This document shows positions 59,601-64,000 of a stretch of DNA of 64,000 bases, piece after piece (position 1 is the first letter of the stretch; each line of letters starts with the position of its first letter). The notes under the pieces are model-generated. The model did no database searches and was not told the DNA's origin. It worked only from the letters and a program-made list of their open reading frames with translations. The position numbers and the translations under genes were made by a program. The DNA is from Macrostomum hystrix (lineage: Eukaryota; Animalia; Platyhelminthes): assembly GCA_950097015.1 (NCBI GenBank), contig CATNEN010000002.1, positions 5,766,001 to 5,830,000 on the forward strand, written 5' to 3'.

Positions 59601-62464
59601 AAGATAATTCGCAAGGCATCCCGGAACTCTGGGTGAACACAGATCTGGTAAAATGCTGATTGCAGATCGCTTACGCAGGCGTATTTGAAAAGGCGTAGGC
59701 GGAGCTGGACTTGAAGAAGGCTAGTCAAAAGGTTCGGTCCGGTCTCAAGAAGATCATTTAGGCAAGGCCCGTTAAGTGACGTACGAGCTGAGGCGTCGAC
59801 CACAGGACGAACCTTGGTGGTGCTCGAGGTGTGCTTGAACACCGGGAAGTGTGGCAGTACATGTACAACCTGGCCTTTTGGCTGGGTCCCATCCACAGGT
59901 TCTAACACACCTTCTTCGATTCGCTTATGGAACTCACCGTAGTACTGGTTTCGTTGTTCCGGCGAAAGGCGACGATGAATGGCCTGTGCTCGGCCAAATG
60001 CTTGTCCAAAGTTAGACGGAAGCCTCTCAATTCCGGGTTTAAGGGGTAGAGCTACGGAGAACCGACCGTCGGTCCCACGAGTAGTGGTATCGATAAGTTG
60101 CTTTGTGAGTCGTTCACCATTGAGATTCAGTGTCTCTGCTCCCTTTTCCAGACCAAGAAGGTCCAGGCTTGTCATGCGTTCGACGAGTTCTTCCAGGTTG
60201 GGCTGGCGGATGTTGCAAAACAAGGAAGATGTTGGGATTTGACCGCCTTGAAAACCGGGTGTACCTTCTAATGAGCCGGTGAGAACAATGCCAAAGGGTG
60301 TGAGGTGCGCAGTGAAGGTAGGTCGCAAGGAAATCGCGCTGATACCTGGGCCGATAAGGAGCTGCGCATAGTCACTACCGATGATAAGGTCAAGCTCCAT
60401 TTCATCATTCTCCGCTGGCGGAATGTTTTGAACATCTTGAGGCAAGCAAGCAAGGGTGGCTTGTATGTCCTTCGGTAAGGTGACTGCTGGTATGTGGATT
60501 GATGGTGCCACGACTTCCGTGGAGAGAGCCTTGATTGGCATACGGCGACCGTCTTTAGTAGATAGCTCCAGAAGAACGATTTCAGCTTGGACTTGTCGTC
60601 GTGTGGCGCTATGGCATGAAGAGCTGTCCAGCGTAACCTTGCCGTAGACCTTGAGACCGAGCTTGCGGGCGATGTCTCGCTTCAGGTAAGAGTAGGAACT
60701 GCCTCCATCAATAAGCGCACTGACGGGTGTCGACGTTCCGGTACATGGGTTGACCGCAGGTGCGGTGAAGGTTGCCATGACTGAAGGTCCAAGATGGCCA
60801 TCCTGAGTGGTTGAGAAGCAGGAAACTGCGTTGATTTGGCTGATATTTGTGATGGCGGGCTGAGACTCAGGAGTCATTGCTGCGTTAAGGTGACTATTTG
60901 TTTTGGGAGTAGTGCTGGTGGAGTGAGCGCTCGGGGTACTGCGCTTCGGCTCACTTAGTGTAGCACCGTGAATAGTGGTGTGGTGTTTGTCCTTGCACTC
61001 TCGGCACCGGAACCGGGAGAAGCATTGCTGAATTTCATGTCCACGGAGACAGTTGAAACATAGCTTCTTGCGCCGCAGAATCTTGAGTTTGGCGTCTGGT
61101 GAAGATACACGGGTGCAGTGGAAGACGTCGTGATCTGTCTCGTCACAGTAAACGCAGTTAGGTCGTAATGCTTGACCACTGTTATTTGGAATCTTCAAAC
61201 TGTGGCCCGGAGAACGCCAGGTGATATTTCTCGGCAGGTTGGACCTAGAGACGCGACTCGACTTAGATTTGAGACTGGAGTGGGTAGATGAGGCCGCGTT
61301 GAAAAGGCTAGCTCCAGCGAAAGGTGTAGAAATCGTACCGATTGTTTGTTTGGCGACCCGAAGTGCGCGGAGCTTGATGTCCAGGTAGTCTTGTAGTTCC
61401 ACCATGGTGGGCATTAGCGGCTTTGCGGCTTTGATCCGTTGATCCTGTAGGTCCATCTGTACAGATGCTGGGAGCTTTGGCAAGATGGCGAAGACGTAGG
61501 CATCTACAGCCGCTGTAGGCTCACCAAGCCGTGCGAGTTGACCAATAGTAAGACGGAGGTCGTCCGTGAATTCCTCGAAAGAATGATACTCAAACTCAAT
61601 GAGTTGATGCATGCCGAGGAGGCGCTTGTAGCAAGCACTCTTTTGCTCCTGAGAGTCGCCATAGTTGATCTGGAGAATTCGACACGCCTCTTGGAAGGCG
61701 CCCTGTTGGCAGGCGTCCAACCCACCTAGCTTCTTGAGGGCATTCCCGGAGAGTAGGCCCCGTAGGGCCTCGAACTTGTCGACCTCGGAGTAATCGACTT
61801 GATTGATTCGGTGACAGAAAGAATTCCAGAAGGCGGGGAAGCTTGCCGGATCTTCCCCGTCAAATGGTTGGAGCTGCACCTTACGTAGGATGGTGTCACT
61901 TAGTAGCGACGCTGGCCGCTGGGCCAGCTGGGTGCTGGAAGTCAGCGGAGAATTGGAAGGTGCCGGTGGGTTCTGGCGGATACTGAGCTGCTGCAGCATC
62001 TGCTGATTCTGTTGCATGAGTGCAGTCATGGCGCCTAGAATCTGCTGCATACAGTCTGGTTGCTGTGTCGCTGTCTGAGAAATCGGAAGCGTACCTGAGC
62101 TGGGCATCCGTGCTGAATGAGTCGACTCAGGTAAAAGGTAGCTGGTTCGATTCGGAGACCAGACGGAAGTGGCAGTTGCTGGCGGCGTGCTGGACTGTTG
62201 AGAGTTGGCGAGACTGGCGTTGCGGCTGGTGTCGCCCGAAATAGCCGTGCCTTGGTGGCTGCTAGGAATTTGTTGCAAGGTATTGGCAGGCAGTGAAGCG
62301 GTTGAAGGTCCAGGGTTGGTCGGCTGTGGCGTTGCGTTTGCGGCATCTCCGAGAGCGCGTGCGGAAGCTGTGTGCATGTTGCTGCGAGTGCCTTTGCTGT
62401 GTGCGGGCTTAGCAACGGTTGCCGATCGCTTGGATGTGGATGTGTGGCCCTTCCGAATTACCAT
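56624..62464 (-). CDS. BEL/Pao gag-pol polyprotein, 1946 aa, uninterrupted
   Basis: Three Cys-His knuckles (CVYC..H..C, CFNC..H..C, CREC..HH..H), protease ALIDGGSS, RT SDLQSAFYQI...MGASPSP...YVDN, Pao RNase H FSDGSTQAYG...VPRIELWAA, integrase H..H...CWEC, DQLGP, DQATAF, GAVERLV. Confidence 0.96.
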   Translation of the reverse strand: MVIRKGHTSTSKRSATVAKPAHSKGTRSNMHTASARALGDAANATPQPTNPGPSTASLPANTLQQIPSSHQGTAISGDTSRNASLANSQQSSTPPATATSVWSPNRTSYLLPESTHSARMPSSGTLPISQTATQQPDCMQQILGAMTALMQQNQQMLQQLSIRQNPPAPSNSPLTSSTQLAQRPASLLSDTILRKVQLQPFDGEDPASFPAFWNSFCHRINQVDYSEVDKFEALRGLLSGNALKKLGGLDACQQGAFQEACRILQINYGDSQEQKSACYKRLLGMHQLIEFEYHSFEEFTDDLRLTIGQLARLGEPTAAVDAYVFAILPKLPASVQMDLQDQRIKAAKPLMPTMVELQDYLDIKLRALRVAKQTIGTISTPFAGASLFNAASSTHSSLKSKSSRVSRSNLPRNITWRSPGHSLKIPNNSGQALRPNCVYCDETDHDVFHCTRVSSPDAKLKILRRKKLCFNCLRGHEIQQCFSRFRCRECKDKHHTTIHGATLSEPKRSTPSAHSTSTTPKTNSHLNAAMTPESQPAITNISQINAVSCFSTTQDGHLGPSVMATFTAPAVNPCTGTSTPVSALIDGGSSYSYLKRDIARKLGLKVYGKVTLDSSSCHSATRRQVQAEIVLLELSTKDGRRMPIKALSTEVVAPSIHIPAVTLPKDIQATLACLPQDVQNIPPAENDEMELDLIIGSDYAQLLIGPGISAISLRPTFTAHLTPFGIVLTGSLEGTPGFQGGQIPTSSLFCNIRQPNLEELVERMTSLDLLGLEKGAETLNLNGERLTKQLIDTTTRGTDGRFSVALPLKPGIERLPSNFGQAFGRAQAIHRRLSPEQRNQYYGEFHKRIEEGVLEPVDGTQPKGQVVHVLPHFPVFKHTSSTTKVRPVVDASARTSLNGPCLNDLLETGPNLLTSLLQVQLRLRLFKYACVSDLQSAFYQICVHPEFRDALRIILPKDHSKPFSQDNWQLWRFTRIVMGASPSPWILQAVILKLCLDATETGSFGLSRQEIASIPSGLYVDNLVIGYDKSDEGPRLVNGLRTLFRSACFNLREFAANDREALVNVPLEDRISRTEVKNLGITWDTTLDVLHLTKPDIPMTDGLTRVQLLSAICKIYDPFGYAAPLVLAGRLLYYKAFKPNDPWDKLADAETTAAWTRLHQEFTAVDRIAVPRYCIENRAKPCRLIVFSDGSTQAYGFVVYVQQTIDDRSTCNLILAKSRLVPSGKKNLLITVPRIELWAALLANRTTALLHEMLVPHLNIVGVTHYIDSQIVLHWIQNGKNLRPYEERRVQEIRNSNLTTDRRYVHTKDNPADYCTKPLGLSQLIGSDFYRGPAFLQQPYENWPSWNPAPQGNQSDSNTQSESKVCKATSLNTTATAIGAGAPSVMDLYRFSRLHSLLGTTSYVLRFAKHSSSKGIPDAIEREMALMLWIQHVQEIHFADVFAALANGRHKSCKLIHQLDLFRDESGYLRLGSRLTNATISADSTHPLLLPADHRLTSLIIMYIHRQEEHASAGTVLSRFRERFWVARGLLTVRNVVRGCWECRLSKATTLPRPSHGQLPPERLDSSQPAFNSILVDQLGPIYTFDPRTQLTRKRWALLLCCATSRAVHIELLHDYSADAVLHAFERFWARRGLTEGTIFLDQATAFQATAKVVDTLLSPAFQSKLYSDLQPFAAVKKLHFRFAPARSPWHQGAVERLVAMVKSSLRPALWHRRITDEELTTLLCKIEAVINSRPLTSLSSDPKDPRPITPACLIAPSSRLDVPSAPEGNILPTGSTTADRLRAAYRHREQIVDSFWHRWRREYIQHLQNVHLSNSTRFPDRRVEPRVGQFYLLAENTPRGSWKTCRVVTTHPDANGIIRYVTVRTSSGNESCRAVAHLVPLEVDLDINGASPNVTADTDFDATAPLEAQDAGPTPDLSMHPRTPEMSTRAKRAQRRNIIRSALLD

Positions 62465-62532
62465 TTGGTTCGCGCTGATACGAAGCTGAATTGAGGTGTA
62501 GAACTTTAAGGCGGGCAGTTAAGCAGGCCTTT

Positions 62533-62550
62533 AACCACGCTCTGCTACCA
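62533..62550 (-). other. Primer-binding site, initiator tRNA-Met type
   Basis: TGGTAGCAGAGCGTGGTT lies 2 nt inside the 5' LTR. It is complementary to the conserved eukaryotic tRNAi-Met 3' end (...CUCUGCUACCA). Confidence 0.8.
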
Positions 62551-62552
62551 TT

Positions 62553-62856
62553 TGTCGTTTGTGACAATAATTTCAAAGTTAGGTTAGTTGAAGTAGAAGG
62601 CTGTAGTTGATCGTTATTAACAGAGTTTATTTGTAGATTATTAAACGGTTGAACGGATCGTGAGAGCATAGCGCATTTGTCTCTTGAATATAATTTAGGG
62701 GTTTTGAACCTAGACAATACTGTACTGGGCTAAAGAAAGCATTCTAGAATATTCTAGAATGGTGTTGCTATTTTTAGAAGCGTGCGCATCAACTGGGGAA
62801 GGAAAGCTAGGCAAACGATAAGGGCGGTTTTATGGAGGTTCAGTCTGAACCCGACA
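62553..62856 (-). repeat. 5' LTR of the BEL/Pao element
   Basis: Identical by eye to 56142-56445; adjacent to the PBS and upstream of the ORF ATG at 62464. Confidence 0.95.
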
Positions 62857-63032
62857 GATGGATTGCTAATCTATTCCCTTGTGGTTAGATGGATTGCTAA
62901 TCTATCCCCTGTGGTTAGATGGATTGCTAATCTATTCCCTGTGGTTAGATGGATTACTAATCTTTTCCCTATGGTTAGATGGATTGCTAATCTATTCCCT
63001 GTGGTTAGATAGATTGCTAATCTATTCCCTGT
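62857..63032. repeat. 30-bp minisatellite, right part
   Basis: Resumes in register after the 5' LTR (GATGG ATTGCTAATC...). Confidence 0.93.
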
Positions 63033-63659
63033 GGCTAGTTATAGTGACTAAATACTAAAAGTGCTGATAATTTGGCTAAGTGTGTCGTATGTTAAATTGT
63101 TTTATTTTAATTTTTTTATTTGAGCTAATATTTATTACTCATTTTTTCACTAGTATAAAAAGTCAATTGTTTTTACTTATTGTTTAATTTGACTTGAAGT
63201 TTGTTATTTATTGTTTGCTAAAATTGTTTTCATTATTTTCTTTAGTTTACTTTATAATCGATTCGCTTTCAAGCGATTGAATCTTGCCTGGATAAAAATT
63301 TAGCAAGAATGCATTCTAGTTAGATAGCTTAGAGTAACTTTGTTGCCAAGGTTAAAAATATTCAAATCTTGAGTAACTATTCAACCGTTTGTTCTGCAAC
63401 TTCTTGTGGATGTGTGTTTTGGCTTGTCATTGATTAATCTATTTATTTATTATATTTTATAACTCAGAAATCTCAATTTTTTTGTCAGCTTTAATAACAA
63501 TTCTTTTTCTCAAGCCTTGCTTTTGTGCACCTGTGCCTAAGTTTTTCAGGCTGTGCTCACAAAATTATTAACGACTTTCTACTCTTTTAAATGTGACCTT
63601 TGCTAACTTTTTGAATAATCGATATCTGGTTTACATTGTTTCAATTTAGGCTGTCTGAA

Positions 63660-64000
63660 ATCAGCTATAAGCTGTCATATCAGCTATGAGCTGTGTCATA
63701 CCAGCTATGAGCTGTGTCATACCAGCTATGAGCAGTGTCATATCAGCTATGAGCTGTGTCATACCAGCTATGAGCTGTGTCATACCAGCTATGAGCAGTG
63801 TCATATCAGCTATGAGCTGTGTCATACCAGCTATGAGCTGTGTCATACCAGCTATGAGCAGTGTCATATCAGCTATGAGCTGTGTCATATCAGCTATGAG
63901 CTGTGTCATACCAACTATGAGATGTGTCATACCAGCTATGAGCTGTGTCATACCAGCTATGAGATGTGTCATACCAGCTATGAGCTGTGTCATACCAGCT
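63660..64000. repeat. 21-bp minisatellite (CCAGCTATGAGCTGTGTCATA), runs off the window
   Basis: Tandem copies to the window end. Confidence 0.93.

Larger units (their letters stand above)
56142..62856 (-). mobile_element. Full-length BEL/Pao LTR retrotransposon
   Basis: Two 304-bp TG...CA LTRs with 5-bp TSD GATGG on both sides (56137-56141, 62857-62861). A single gag-pol ORF has the BEL/Pao domain order PR-RT-RH-IN. Confidence 0.96.

Noticed and set aside
1-64000. Search by eye for SL RNA, snRNA, rRNA or selenocysteine-type read-through
   Set aside because: No recognisable Sm-site/leader arrangement or rRNA similarity. The only in-frame TGA noted is the nonsense codon in the Tc1 transposase.

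Overview
Animal genomic DNA, not prokaryotic: spliced genes with GT-AG introns, GC-rich exons and introns packed with minisatellites. The style resembles the flatworm Macrostomum, but that is inference only. Five host genes were assembled by reading splice junctions by eye: a partial Lachesin/IgLON-like GPI-type Ig protein (+), a MAGI-family scaffold (-), an hnRNP F/H-type protein with four qRRMs (+), a TBC1D24-like TBC/TLDc protein (+) and a Hox-type ceramide synthase (+). Mobile DNA comprises an intact BEL/Pao LTR retrotransposon (apparently identical 304-bp LTRs, GATGG TSD) inserted in a minisatellite just after the CerS stop codon, a defective Tc1 (DD34E) element, three GG-terminated TIR elements with 8-9-bp TSDs (one carries a Merlin/ISXO2-like transposase remnant), two tRNA-derived SINE families and a Helitron-like 5' end. 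About 25 different tandem arrays are present; most of the long low-complexity ORFs in the six-frame track are artefacts of them. The best leads are: intron-filling minisatellites whose units carry sense-strand splice signals; a Penelope-type minimal hammerhead ribozyme candidate in an intron; the Merlin-like cluster between divergent genes; a possible SL-trans-spliced gene cluster; and unusual domain counts (four qRRMs, one WW). All alignments were done by eye, so coordinates of degenerate ends are approximate.
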